Assembly (NCBI GenBank): GCA_963652335.1
Contig: CAVJSS010000002.1
Span: forward strand, 27,718 to 91,717
Source of the DNA: an uncultured Eubacteriales bacterium
GTDB taxonomy: Bacteria > Bacillota_I > Bacilli_A > RFN20 > CAG-826
Length of the DNA: 64,000 nt
Direction of reading: 5' to 3'
In this document: positions 1 through 9,149 of the stretch, in pieces
Layout: every line of letters begins with the position of its first letter
How positions within the stretch are numbered: position 1 is the stretch's first letter
The notes under the pieces: generated by a model
Seen by the model: only the letters and a program-made list of their open reading frames with translations
Database searches by the model: none
Told to the model about the DNA's origin: nothing
Made by a program: the position numbers and the translations under genes

Positions 1-1325
1 CCGCTTTGAAAGCGTCAAACCTCAATTCCATCATCTCTTCTGCGACTTCGAACAAATACACCATTCCGTCTCAGAAATTCTGGACCACGATCGACCAAAA
101 GGTGTTGGATTTGGCTGTTTTGGCCAGCGGGATTTCAACCGCCAGCGTGACCGCCTCTATGATCAACCCTTATGATGTGGCTGATTCCGTCGGTGGGAAC
201 GGAACCACGATAAACAAAGACTCAATCCTTCGCAAATATGGTTATCTGAAATTCTTAGGAACCGATTCGGAAGGCAATTTGGCTTTGTATGCCAATTTGG
301 AGAAGTGGGTCGCTGAAGCCAGATATTCAACCGAACAAGGTTTGGGAATAACCGGATCGCCTACAGCAGAATTCTTGACGGCTTACGAATCCGCGATAAC
401 CAAGACGATCAACTCCAACACATCTTGCATTTCGACCGTAAACGGCTATCAATATGGCGCTTATGGCACCAACAAAGACTGGACCGTCGAAATCGAAAAC
501 AAAACCTGGGGATACGCTTGGAAGCAAGGGTTTTTGGCCGGACTCATCTCCTTCCCTGTCGCTTACCTAACCGACTATTTCGCCAACGCGATCGATCCTT
601 CTCTCTCCGGCGTTGGACAAATTCTGTCTTTGGTCATCGTCACTTTCATCGTTCGTATTTTCTTGATGCTTGTCACGATGAAAGGAACCATCGACCAACA
701 AAAGATGCAGGCTTTGCAAGGAGATGTGGCCCGCATTCAACAAAAATACCCAAACAGCAACGAGAACCAAGCCCAAAAGCAACGCTTGGCCCAAGAAACG
801 CAAGCTCTTTATAAAAGAAACAAAGTAAGCCCGTTCTCTTCAATCATCACCTTGATTATCCAACTTCCGTTGTTCATGGGTGTTTGGGGGGCGTTCCGTG
901 GATCAGCCGCATTGAGCACTGGCTCCTTCTTGGGGCTGCATTTAAGCGACACCATCTTAAGCGTCGTTACCCAACCAAAAGGCAACATAGCCACCAACGG
1001 AAATGGTTGGTGGACTGCTCTGGTTCTCTATATCTTGATGATTGGGTTCCAATTCGTGTCGATGAAATTACCTCAATGGATGAGCAAGAAAAAGACCAGC
1101 AAAGTCGAAAAACTAACCGCAAACCCGGCTGGTGACAAACAACGCAATCAAGGCAAAACAATCGCTTGGATCATGTTTATATTTACCGCCGTGCTAGGCT
1201 TGTCTTTGCCATCAGCAATGGGGGCCTATTGGGCCATCGGCGCGATCATCTCGATCATTCAAACGCTTGTCATTCAAGCCATCATGAAGCATCACAAACC
1301 AAAAGCCAAAAGGAAGCAAGCATGA
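1..1325 (+). CDS. yidC: YidC/Oxa1-family membrane protein insertase, 5' end cut by window edge
   Basis: The frame of ORF 6..1325 is open to the window edge, and the visible N-terminus has no signal or TM segment. The C-terminal half has the YidC core (QQKMQALQGDVARIQQKYPN...QETQALYKRNKVSPFSS...IQLPLFMGVW), several hydrophobic spans and a basic tail KHHKPKAKRKQA. It is followed by jag and mnmE. Confidence 0.85.
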   Translation, partial: ALKASNLNSIISSATSNKYTIPSQKFWTTIDQKVLDLAVLASGISTASVTASMINPYDVADSVGGNGTTINKDSILRKYGYLKFLGTDSEGNLALYANLEKWVAEARYSTEQGLGITGSPTAEFLTAYESAITKTINSNTSCISTVNGYQYGAYGTNKDWTVEIENKTWGYAWKQGFLAGLISFPVAYLTDYFANAIDPSLSGVGQILSLVIVTFIVRIFLMLVTMKGTIDQQKMQALQGDVARIQQKYPNSNENQAQKQRLAQETQALYKRNKVSPFSSIITLIIQLPLFMGVWGAFRGSAALSTGSFLGLHLSDTILSVVTQPKGNIATNGNGWWTALVLYILMIGFQFVSMKLPQWMSKKKTSKVEKLTANPAGDKQRNQGKTIAWIMFIFTAVLGLSLPSAMGAYWAIGAIISIIQTLVIQAIMKHHKPKAKRKQA

Positions 1326-1918
1326 AAGAATACGTAAGCAAAACCGTTGAAGACTGCGTCAACAACGCCTGCATGGAACTTGGAATTCCTACCAACCACC
1401 TTCTCTATAAAGTCGTAGAGGAAAAAGGCGGCTTATTCAAAAAAGCCCGCATCGAGGTCTATACCGAAGAAGACGCCATAATCTACGCTCAGGAATACCT
1501 AACCAACACCATTCAAGCCATGGGTGTTGATATCACGACCGAAAGCACCGTTGAAGAGAGTGTGATCCGCATCAACATCAACTCAAAGAGAAACCCTGTT
1601 TTGATTGGCAAATCAGGCAGAACCCTACAAGCTTTGAATGAATTGACCAGATTGGCTGTCTCCAACAAATTCCGCCACCGTTATAGAATCTTGCTTGATG
1701 TCGGCGGATACAAAGAGGATAGATATTCCAGGATAGCTTATTTGGCGAAGCGTGCGGCCGAAGAAGTGGTCCGCACCAAATATCCGGTCCAGCTCGATCC
1801 GATGACCCCTGATGAAAGACGCGTTGTGCACAATGTGCTAACCGGGTGGAAAAACATCAAAACCGAATCATCGGGCGAAGGCTCCAACAGAGCTGTCAAT
1901 ATCTTCTATGTAGAATAA
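1322..1918 (+). CDS. jag: Jag/KhpB RNA-binding protein (Jag_N, KH, R3H)
   Basis: Internal ATG at 1322 overlaps the yidC stop (ATGA). KH-like VLIGKSGRTLQALNELT and R3H-like DPMTPDERRVVHNVL are present. The 5' part of ORF 1166..1918 overlaps yidC and is not credible. Confidence 0.8.
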   Translation: MKEYVSKTVEDCVNNACMELGIPTNHLLYKVVEEKGGLFKKARIEVYTEEDAIIYAQEYLTNTIQAMGVDITTESTVEESVIRININSKRNPVLIGKSGRTLQALNELTRLAVSNKFRHRYRILLDVGGYKEDRYSRIAYLAKRAAEEVVRTKYPVQLDPMTPDERRVVHNVLTGWKNIKTESSGEGSNRAVNIFYVE

Positions 1919-1940
1919 GGGCTCATGCCCTTTTCTTTTT
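1917..1940 (+). terminator. short hairpin plus T-run after jag
   Basis: AAGGGC-tcat-GCCCTT followed by TTCTTTTT, directly after the jag TAA (1916..1918). Confidence 0.5.
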
Positions 1941-1948
1941 GCTATAAT
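1940..1948 (+). promoter_or_regulatory. extended -10 promoter TGcTATAAT, 7 nt before the mnmE ATG
   Basis: TGCTATAAT at 1940..1948, ATG at 1956, and no Shine-Dalgarno sequence in between. Confidence 0.5.
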
Positions 1949-1955
1949 TATTCGC

Positions 1956-3287
1956 ATGAAAAGCAACACGATAATCGCACTAGCAACCCCGCCGCTAACA
2001 AGCGCTCTGGCCATGATCCGTGTTTCAGGTGATGACGCTTTCGTGTTAACCGATCAACTTTTTTCCAAAAAAATATCTTCGATCACCAAAAGGACAACCT
2101 TCGTCGGTGATTTGATTTACAAAGGCGAACTGATTGATAACGTCGTTTTGATAGCCTATCCTCATCCGAATTCATTTACTGGCGAAGACGTTGTGGAAAT
2201 CTCTTCCCATGGTTCGATGCTGATTGTTAACGAAATCGTTTCGGCTTACATCGCTTTAGGAGCCAGATATGCCGAAAGAGGGGAATTTTCTTCTCGTGGC
2301 TTTTATAACGGAAGGATGGATCTTGTTGAAGTTGAGTCCATCAACGATTTGATAAACGCCACAACCAAGGAAGCGAAAAACCTATCGCTTCTCTCTTATA
2401 AAGGAAGGACTTCCGATCTCATAAAGCCTTTAAGAGACTCTTTAGGCGAACTTTTGGCCCAAGTTGAAGTGAATATCGATTTCCCTGAATACGAAGACAT
2501 AGAAGAAGCAAACGAATCGATGATTTACGAAAAGATCGGCGAATTACGCAAAAGCATAGCGTCTTTGATCGAAGGCGGAGAAAAAGGGAAAATCATAAAA
2601 TATGGAGTGAAGGTGGCTCTTGTTGGGCAGCCAAATGTCGGAAAATCATCTATTTTGAACGCTTTATTAAAAGAAAACAAAGCCATCGTAACCGATATTC
2701 CAGGTACGACAAGAGACATCGTTGAGGGCGATTTGAATCTCAATGGGGTTTCCGTTCATTTCTTGGACACAGCTGGGATCAGAGAAGAAGCCGATGTTGT
2801 AGAAGCTATAGGGGTTGAAAGGTCAAAGAAAGCCATAGAGGAGGCTGATGTCGTTGTTTTGGTTGTGGATTCGTTGAGGGGTTTTGGAGAGAAAGAAAAG
2901 GAAATAGTTTCTTTGATTGGCGGAAAAACGCTGATCACTTGTTACAACAAAGCCGATAAAGTATCCAAAAAAGAAGACGGAAAGCTTTATGTTTCCGCTT
3001 TGAACAACGATGTAAAACCATTGGAAAAAGCTTTATACGATTGCTTGGGATTGACTAAAGAATCTTTTAATAACCCATCATTGTCCAACATCCGTGAACT
3101 CGGGCTATTAAGGCAAATAGATTCTTCTTTGGAGCAAGCCGCTTTGGATTGCGTTAACGAAGCCCCTATCGACCTTGTCTCCATAAACCTTAATTCGGCT
3201 TATAATTGTGCCCGTGAGTTGCTTGGGGAAGAAACAACGACCGATTTGACTGACGAAATCTTCTCCCGTTTTTGCGTAGGTAAATAA
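1956..3287 (+). CDS. mnmE: tRNA modification GTPase MnmE
   Basis: N-terminal TIIALATPP...ALAMIRVSG, G1 motif GQPNVGKSS, DTAGIRE, NKAD, and the C-terminal FCVGK tail typical of MnmE/TrmE. Confidence 0.95.
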   Translation: MKSNTIIALATPPLTSALAMIRVSGDDAFVLTDQLFSKKISSITKRTTFVGDLIYKGELIDNVVLIAYPHPNSFTGEDVVEISSHGSMLIVNEIVSAYIALGARYAERGEFSSRGFYNGRMDLVEVESINDLINATTKEAKNLSLLSYKGRTSDLIKPLRDSLGELLAQVEVNIDFPEYEDIEEANESMIYEKIGELRKSIASLIEGGEKGKIIKYGVKVALVGQPNVGKSSILNALLKENKAIVTDIPGTTRDIVEGDLNLNGVSVHFLDTAGIREEADVVEAIGVERSKKAIEEADVVVLVVDSLRGFGEKEKEIVSLIGGKTLITCYNKADKVSKKEDGKLYVSALNNDVKPLEKALYDCLGLTKESFNNPSLSNIRELGLLRQIDSSLEQAALDCVNEAPIDLVSINLNSAYNCARELLGEETTTDLTDEIFSRFCVGK

Positions 3288-4067
3288 ATGAAGAACCTTT
3301 TTGATAGCCATTGCCATTTGAATGATGAAACGATAGAGAACGTCGAAGAAGTGATTTTGAGAGCGAAAAAAAGCGGAATCGATGCGTTTTTGGTTGTTGG
3401 ATGGAATTTGGAAAGCTCCAAAAAAGCGATTGAGATAGCTGAAACATACAATGGTGTTTATGCCGCGGTCGGAATCCACCCGGAAAATTACGAAGAAGAA
3501 AACGAGGAATCTTTGGCAAAGTTGGAAAAACTGGCCAAATCATCAAACAAAGTCATAGCCATCGGAGAAATCGGGCTGGATTATCATTGGAAGAACGACG
3601 AGGAAACGAAAAAAAACCAAAAGCGTTGGTTTATCAAACAAATAGAATTAGCCAACAAACTCAGTTTGCCAATCTCGATTCACGCAAGGGACGCTTTGCA
3701 AGACATATATGAAATAATCAAAGATCATCGGATCGAAAACGGTTTTGTTTTGCATTGTTATTCTGGATCGGTTGAAATGATGAAGGAATTTGAGAAACTC
3801 GGAGCGTATTTCGGCTTCGATGGACCGATAACGTATAAAAACTCAATCGTTCCAAAACGATGTGTGGCTTCTTGTCGATCAGACGGATTGCTTATCGAAA
3901 CCGACTCCCCTTATCTGCCGCCGGTTCCATATCGTGGAAAGAAAAACGAACCAGCTTACATAAAAGAAATCTTTGATCAGGTGGTTTCGCTGAGAAAAAC
4001 GAACAACGAAGAATTAAGCGATTGTTTAAACGAAAATTTCGAAAGGCTTTTTGGGGTCAAAAGATGA
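3288..4067 (+). CDS. tatD: TatD-family metal-dependent DNase/hydrolase
   Basis: FDSHCHLND start, GEIGLDYHW, SIHARDA, HCYSGS and ETDSPYL motifs. Start abuts the mnmE stop. Confidence 0.9.
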   Translation: MKNLFDSHCHLNDETIENVEEVILRAKKSGIDAFLVVGWNLESSKKAIEIAETYNGVYAAVGIHPENYEEENEESLAKLEKLAKSSNKVIAIGEIGLDYHWKNDEETKKNQKRWFIKQIELANKLSLPISIHARDALQDIYEIIKDHRIENGFVLHCYSGSVEMMKEFEKLGAYFGFDGPITYKNSIVPKRCVASCRSDGLLIETDSPYLPPVPYRGKKNEPAYIKEIFDQVVSLRKTNNEELSDCLNENFERLFGVKR

Positions 4068-4603
4068 AAAAGATAGATGCTTTGATCGTCGTCGAAGGAA
4101 AAATGGATGAGGCGCTGCTGTCTTCTTTCATTGATGCCGATATAGTCACAACCAACGGTTCCGCCATTTCAGAAGAAACCCTATCGTTTATTGAAGAGGC
4201 GTCCAAAACAAGGAATGTAATCCTTTTGCTCGATCCTGATTCGCCCGGAAAAAAGATAAGGGATACGATCGCAAAAAAGGTCCCATCCGCAAAACACGCC
4301 TTCGTTCCTAAGGAAAAATCAATCAAAAAACACAAAGTCGGAGTGGCTGAGTGCGACAAAGAGACAATACTGGAAGCTTTGTCTAATTTGATTCCCGAGA
4401 AACCGGGCCCTGCTTCAAATCTTAAAATGTCGGATTTGCTTGAATTGGGGCTGACTGGAAACGAATCGTCGTTTGCTCTTAGGAAGGAAGCCGGAGCCAA
4501 ACTTCACATAGGAATCACCAACGCGAAAACGTTTTTGAAACGAGCGAACGCCTTAGGGATAACGAAAGAACGACTGGAGGAATTGATCGATGGACAAAAT
4601 TAA
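4064..4603 (+). CDS. rnmV: ribonuclease M5 (Toprim)
   Basis: ATG at 4064 overlaps the tatD stop (ATGA). Motifs IVVEGKMDE...TNGSA...LLLDPDSPGKKIR. Conserved tatD-rnmV-ksgA order. Confidence 0.85.
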   Translation: MKKIDALIVVEGKMDEALLSSFIDADIVTTNGSAISEETLSFIEEASKTRNVILLLDPDSPGKKIRDTIAKKVPSAKHAFVPKEKSIKKHKVGVAECDKETILEALSNLIPEKPGPASNLKMSDLLELGLTGNESSFALRKEAGAKLHIGITNAKTFLKRANALGITKERLEELIDGQN

Positions 4604-5420
4604 ATATTTCGAGAAGGTCAAAGAATACAGGTTGTTAGCCAAGCATGAAGTTGGTCAAAATTTCCTTTGTTCAGAAGAGATTGCGTCGAAAATCGTATCT
4701 CTCGGAGAAATAAAAGACACTGACGAGGTTTTGGAAATCGGATCTGGCGCCGGATCGTTGTCGGTATTCTTTACCGACTATAAAGCCAACGCCACATTGC
4801 TTGATATCGATGAGGGCTTGATAGCCAAATTGAAAGAAGATTTCGTCGATTGCAAAAACATCCACCCAACTTTGGCTAACGCCTTGAAGGCCGATTATTC
4901 AATGTACGACGTAATTATCGGCAACCTGCCTTATTACATAACTTCAAGCTTGATTGAAAAAATCGCTTTGGAGGCGAAATCTTGTAGGAAAGCCGTTTTA
5001 ATGATTCAAAAAGAAGTTTTTCAAAGACTATCAGCCAAAATGGGAAGCGATGACTATGGGCCGCTACCGATTTTGCTTGATTACGTTGGTTCGATAAAAA
5101 AAGAATTCATCGTAAGCAGAGATTCTTTCGTTCCTGCCCCACATATCGATTCGGTGGTTTTCTCAATAAGCTTCAAAAACGACGTTGATTTCGCTTTGGC
5201 CAAAAAACTTTATGCATTCATTTCGAAAATGTTCGCCCACAGAAGAAAAACAATCCACAACAATCTTCAATTCTTGGTAAATGATGGAAAAAAAGCCAAA
5301 TCGATCTTGGATAATGCGAAGATTTCCTGTTCCGCAAGGCCGGAAAAGCTGTCTTTGAACGACTATCTTTCTTTGCTTAACGCTTACGAAGGCGAAAATT
5401 TGAAAACGCCAACTTTATAA
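4590..5420 (+). CDS. rsmA: 16S rRNA (adenine1518/1519-N6)-dimethyltransferase
   Basis: KHEVGQNFL, SAM motif EIGSGAGSLS, catalytic IGNLPYYITS. Confidence 0.9.
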   Translation: MDKIKYFEKVKEYRLLAKHEVGQNFLCSEEIASKIVSLGEIKDTDEVLEIGSGAGSLSVFFTDYKANATLLDIDEGLIAKLKEDFVDCKNIHPTLANALKADYSMYDVIIGNLPYYITSSLIEKIALEAKSCRKAVLMIQKEVFQRLSAKMGSDDYGPLPILLDYVGSIKKEFIVSRDSFVPAPHIDSVVFSISFKNDVDFALAKKLYAFISKMFAHRRKTIHNNLQFLVNDGKKAKSILDNAKISCSARPEKLSLNDYLSLLNAYEGENLKTPTL

Positions 5421-5451
5421 AGAGATAAATAACACTTATATTATTCGCTGT

Positions 5452-6348
5452 ATGAAATTGTTCGGCTTGCATTCAATAACCATCAAATCGTTTGCCAAAA
5501 TCAATCTCGCTCTCTATGTGAAAGGCGTTAGGGATGACGGCTACCATCTTTTGGACTCCGTTGTTTTGCCTACCACGATACATGATGTTATCGAGGTAAG
5601 CATAAATAGATACGCAAAGAGCACAACGGTTGTTTGCGATCGCCCGTTTTTGCAGAAAAACCATCATAACATCTGCCAAAAAGCCGTTGATGTGATGCGT
5701 GCTCACTATGGTTTTGCAGAAAATTTCGAAATCAATATCCATAAAGTGATTCCGGTGGCGGCCGGAATGGGTGGAGGGTCATCCAACGCCGCATCGGTTT
5801 TAAAAGCCATAAACAAATTGCTGAAATTAAACGCCACCGACGACGAATTGCGAAAGATCGCCCTCGAATTAGGCGCAGACGTTCCGTTTTTCATCGATCC
5901 GAAACCAGTTAGATTAACTGGCATAGGAGAAAACCTAGAACCGATAAATTTAGCCCACAGCTACTATATTTTGCTTATCGCCCCAACCAAAGGGTTGGCC
6001 ACCAAAGACGTTTATGGCGCCTACGATCGCCTGGAACATTTGACCGGTTCTTGCGATGAGCTTATAAAGAATCTTGAAGAAGGAAACGACGTCAAAGTCG
6101 CTTCCGGTGTGGTCAACGAACTTTATCCTGCCGCCTTATCTTTATATCCGGAATTGAAAAACGAAATAGACAAAGTCAAAGCCTTGGGCGCCGAAATCGT
6201 CTCAATGACCGGAAGCGGATCCGCCTTCTTCGCTTTATCCAGAGACAGAAAGGCCATTTTGAATGCCGAACTGACTTTATTGGAAGAAGGTTATAGGGTT
6301 TATTCCGGAAAAGTCGGAAGAATCAAGGATTTCAACAAAAGAGATTGA
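5452..6348 (+). CDS. ispE: 4-diphosphocytidyl-2-C-methyl-D-erythritol kinase
   Basis: AKINLALYVKGVRDDGYHLLDS start and GHMP-kinase loop PVAAGMGGGSSNAA. Confidence 0.85.
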   Translation: MKLFGLHSITIKSFAKINLALYVKGVRDDGYHLLDSVVLPTTIHDVIEVSINRYAKSTTVVCDRPFLQKNHHNICQKAVDVMRAHYGFAENFEINIHKVIPVAAGMGGGSSNAASVLKAINKLLKLNATDDELRKIALELGADVPFFIDPKPVRLTGIGENLEPINLAHSYYILLIAPTKGLATKDVYGAYDRLEHLTGSCDELIKNLEEGNDVKVASGVVNELYPAALSLYPELKNEIDKVKALGAEIVSMTGSGSAFFALSRDRKAILNAELTLLEEGYRVYSGKVGRIKDFNKRD

Positions 6349-8446
6349 TCCTCCGATCTGCTTTATCTAGAAGGAGTTCATCATCTTTTTCGTATTGGGA
6401 TTCGATTTTAGAACCGATAACATCCAAAGCCCCATTCCAATCCTTCAGTGATGGAAAGAACGAGAATCCCAAAACCACCAAACCGATATAAACACACAAT
6501 ATGGCAACGATGCTGGTTTTGGTAATCAAAGACCGATCTAGATAAAGGCATAACGAATGAGCCAAAGCCACAACAGCTAAGCCGATAACGATTTTTATAA
6601 TCAAAGGAACGATATCTTTAAACCCAACACCCTTTGAATCCTGTTTAGACCCACCTATAAACAATAGCAAAAGCAGCACAATCCCAATCGATATTGGATA
6701 AGCAATCGTTTCGGAAACGAATGCGACGATGATGCCGACGGCCACCGTAAACACCACGAACCAATGGATTATGGTAAAGCCTACCGGTTGCCTTTTATCG
6801 TTTTTAAGTTTGAGCTCAGCAATCAATAACGGCGTGAGCAAGCAAATGATCGTTAACCCAGACAACGAATAAACGTTGTTGAATTTAACGCCGCCATAAG
6901 CCGAAGCATACATCGGAGCCAAGCCAACCAACAAAACCAACAAAAACAGCGAAACCGTGTAGGAAGTCTTTAAAACATCCAAAACAGACAAATCTCTTCG
7001 CTTCGTCGTTTCCGCTTGTTCCAAAGGCATTGGAGAAACGTTGCCCCTTTTCAAAGCCCAATTTCTTCTCGAGATAAACAAAGGCCACCAAATAATGCCC
7101 AAAAACATCATTCCTTTTAGCCTCATATCCAGCAAAGCATCATCCTCTGCCATTGAGTGGGCCAAAAAACCAAAGATGACGATCAACAAAATCCCGATCC
7201 ATTTGTCTTTTCGGACTTTGAGTGCATGAATCGCGTCATAAATCAGATAGCCTATCCCAAAGAGATAAACCAAAACCCCGATTATTCCGAACCTGCCCCA
7301 AACATATAGGAAGCCGTTGTGGCCGGCAATGCCTAAATACCCATCCATATAATGGTCTGGCGAAGAAGCCATGACGAACCATTCGAAGATCCCGTCTCCG
7401 GTCCCAAACAAAAGGATCGTTGGGTGTTCGACCATGTTTGAGAACACCCTTTCCCAAATATCGGTTCTTCCGGTCATTGTCCCATCGCTTAAAGAGAATA
7501 TCGATTTCATCATTTCTTTGATGACTTGGCTAAGCCCCTCCAAAGGCTTGATGGGAAAAAAGGCGATCAAGGTTATTGTGATGGCCGAACACGCCATTAT
7601 GGATAAATAGATAATCTGGCTCTTTTTTCTTTTTTTCCATCCTACAATCGGAAAATAAATGACAGTCAACATCAACTCGATGCCCACCGAAGCAATCGTT
7701 GTTTTGCATTGGATCGTTCCGGTTATCAACGCCAAGAAAACAATCAAAATCAAATAAGGAACCCTATGATATTTCGAATATAGGATCAATGCGCAATTGA
7801 AAGCCCAAAACACAGCAAACCCAAAGGTGTTTTTGTTGTTGGCCAACGAACAAACGCCATTAGGGGAATATGAACCTTTGAATAGACCAATCCAATAATC
7901 GCTCTCTTTTATGAATGAGGCGATTATGAGAAGCAACCCGACCCCGATTCCGACCCAAAGCCAAAAATCTATGGCTCTATGTGAACGAAACAACGCAGGA
8001 ATCACTCCAACGAAGATATATAAAGCCAGATCTCCGACAACCCAGCCAAAGATATAACGTATCCTTTCGTTGTTTGTGATGCTATATGTCCAATAAAAGC
8101 CGTATTTTTCGTTGTTTATCGAAGAAGGGAAAATCAAAACGGCTACGATGTCGATTACCAAAAGAACGAAACAAACGACCATCAACGTCCGATTTGCTTT
8201 GATTTTGAAGTTTTTGAATGCTAACACCAAAAGACCGATTCCAGTCAACAACGAAGCCGACACCATCAGATAAAACTCAAGATCGTTCATCATCGTTACG
8301 CCATTATTGAAGATAGATAAGCCTTGAGTCGTGAATACCGTGATCGCCAAGAACGCTATGATTAAAACGAAAGCCAACACATACCTTCGTTTGAAGGCGC
8401 AGGATAGGCTCTCTCGGTGTCGTTTTTTAGCATCGCTCTCAATCAT
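6332..8446 (-). CDS. polytopic membrane protein, O-antigen ligase/polymerase (Wzy_C)-like
   Basis: More than 12 hydrophobic spans. Central GIAGHNGFLYVWGRFGIIGVLVYL resembles the Wzy_C/O-antigen ligase loop. The start is taken at ATG 8446 because the TTG at 8458 lies inside the predicted -10 region. The 3' end overlaps ispE by 17 nt. Confidence 0.6.
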   Translation of the reverse strand: MIESDAKKRHRESLSCAFKRRYVLAFVLIIAFLAITVFTTQGLSIFNNGVTMMNDLEFYLMVSASLLTGIGLLVLAFKNFKIKANRTLMVVCFVLLVIDIVAVLIFPSSINNEKYGFYWTYSITNNERIRYIFGWVVGDLALYIFVGVIPALFRSHRAIDFWLWVGIGVGLLLIIASFIKESDYWIGLFKGSYSPNGVCSLANNKNTFGFAVFWAFNCALILYSKYHRVPYLILIVFLALITGTIQCKTTIASVGIELMLTVIYFPIVGWKKRKKSQIIYLSIMACSAITITLIAFFPIKPLEGLSQVIKEMMKSIFSLSDGTMTGRTDIWERVFSNMVEHPTILLFGTGDGIFEWFVMASSPDHYMDGYLGIAGHNGFLYVWGRFGIIGVLVYLFGIGYLIYDAIHALKVRKDKWIGILLIVIFGFLAHSMAEDDALLDMRLKGMMFLGIIWWPLFISRRNWALKRGNVSPMPLEQAETTKRRDLSVLDVLKTSYTVSLFLLVLLVGLAPMYASAYGGVKFNNVYSLSGLTIICLLTPLLIAELKLKNDKRQPVGFTIIHWFVVFTVAVGIIVAFVSETIAYPISIGIVLLLLLFIGGSKQDSKGVGFKDIVPLIIKIVIGLAVVALAHSLCLYLDRSLITKTSIVAILCVYIGLVVLGFSFFPSLKDWNGALDVIGSKIESQYEKDDELLLDKADRRINLFC

Positions 8447-8458
8447 AACGGAAAACAA

Positions 8459-8486
8459 ATTATAGTCTTTTGAATCGGCGTATCAA
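8459..8486 (-). promoter_or_regulatory. sigma-70-type promoter TTGATA-16-TATAAT for the Wzy-like gene
   Basis: On the minus strand, TTGATA (8486..8481) and TATAAT (8464..8459) are 16 nt apart. The ATG lies 12 nt downstream with no SD. Confidence 0.55.
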
Positions 8487-8561
8487 ATTCGCGCAAGTTG
8501 ACATTAATTATAATCAGGTGGAAAGATCTCTTCCAAAAGATTATTATCCTCTTTGGTATTT

Positions 8562-8993
8562 ATGCAAAAAAACATTTTGGCGTTGGATTTAGGAAAAGGG
8601 AGTCTTGGAATAGCTATCTCCAGAAGTGGCATATTCGTCACTTTATTGGAAAACCTCCGCTTCCATGCCGGTGATTACGATGAAGCGATAATTGGCTTAA
8701 AGAGAGTCATCGCCAACGAAACGATCGAACATATCGCTATAGGTTGGCCGTTATTTCCTTCTGGAGATCCTTGCGAGATGACGCCGATAGTCGAATCATT
8801 CATCAAAAAGATCGAGAAAGAATTCGAAGGCGTGGAAATCGTCAAAGTAGACGAAAGAAACACAACGGTTGAAGCTTCCACCTTTCTTCATGACGCTGGC
8901 AAATCGGCCAAAAAGCAAAAAAGCACCATCGATTCCGCCGCGGCCGGAGTGATTTTGACGAGATATCTTAAATTAATCGGACAAAGTTGTTAG
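8562..8993 (+). CDS. ruvX: Holliday-junction-resolvase-like nuclease YqgF/RuvX
   Basis: ILALDLGKGSLGIAIS N-terminus and size typical of YqgF. Start taken at the ATG at 8562. Confidence 0.8.
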   Translation: MQKNILALDLGKGSLGIAISRSGIFVTLLENLRFHAGDYDEAIIGLKRVIANETIEHIAIGWPLFPSGDPCEMTPIVESFIKKIEKEFEGVEIVKVDERNTTVEASTFLHDAGKSAKKQKSTIDSAAAGVILTRYLKLIGQSC

Positions 8994-9149
8994 AGCAAGC
9001 GCCAAATTTTTAGAACAATTTCCGTTTCTCAGTCTAAAATCGAGTTTTGCAACGATCCGAAGTTACCTTTGGATTCGCGCTAAGCGGGCTTTTGTTTTTG
9101 TTTGAATAGCTAATTTAGAGTAAAATGCAAAACATAAGGAGGTTATTGA

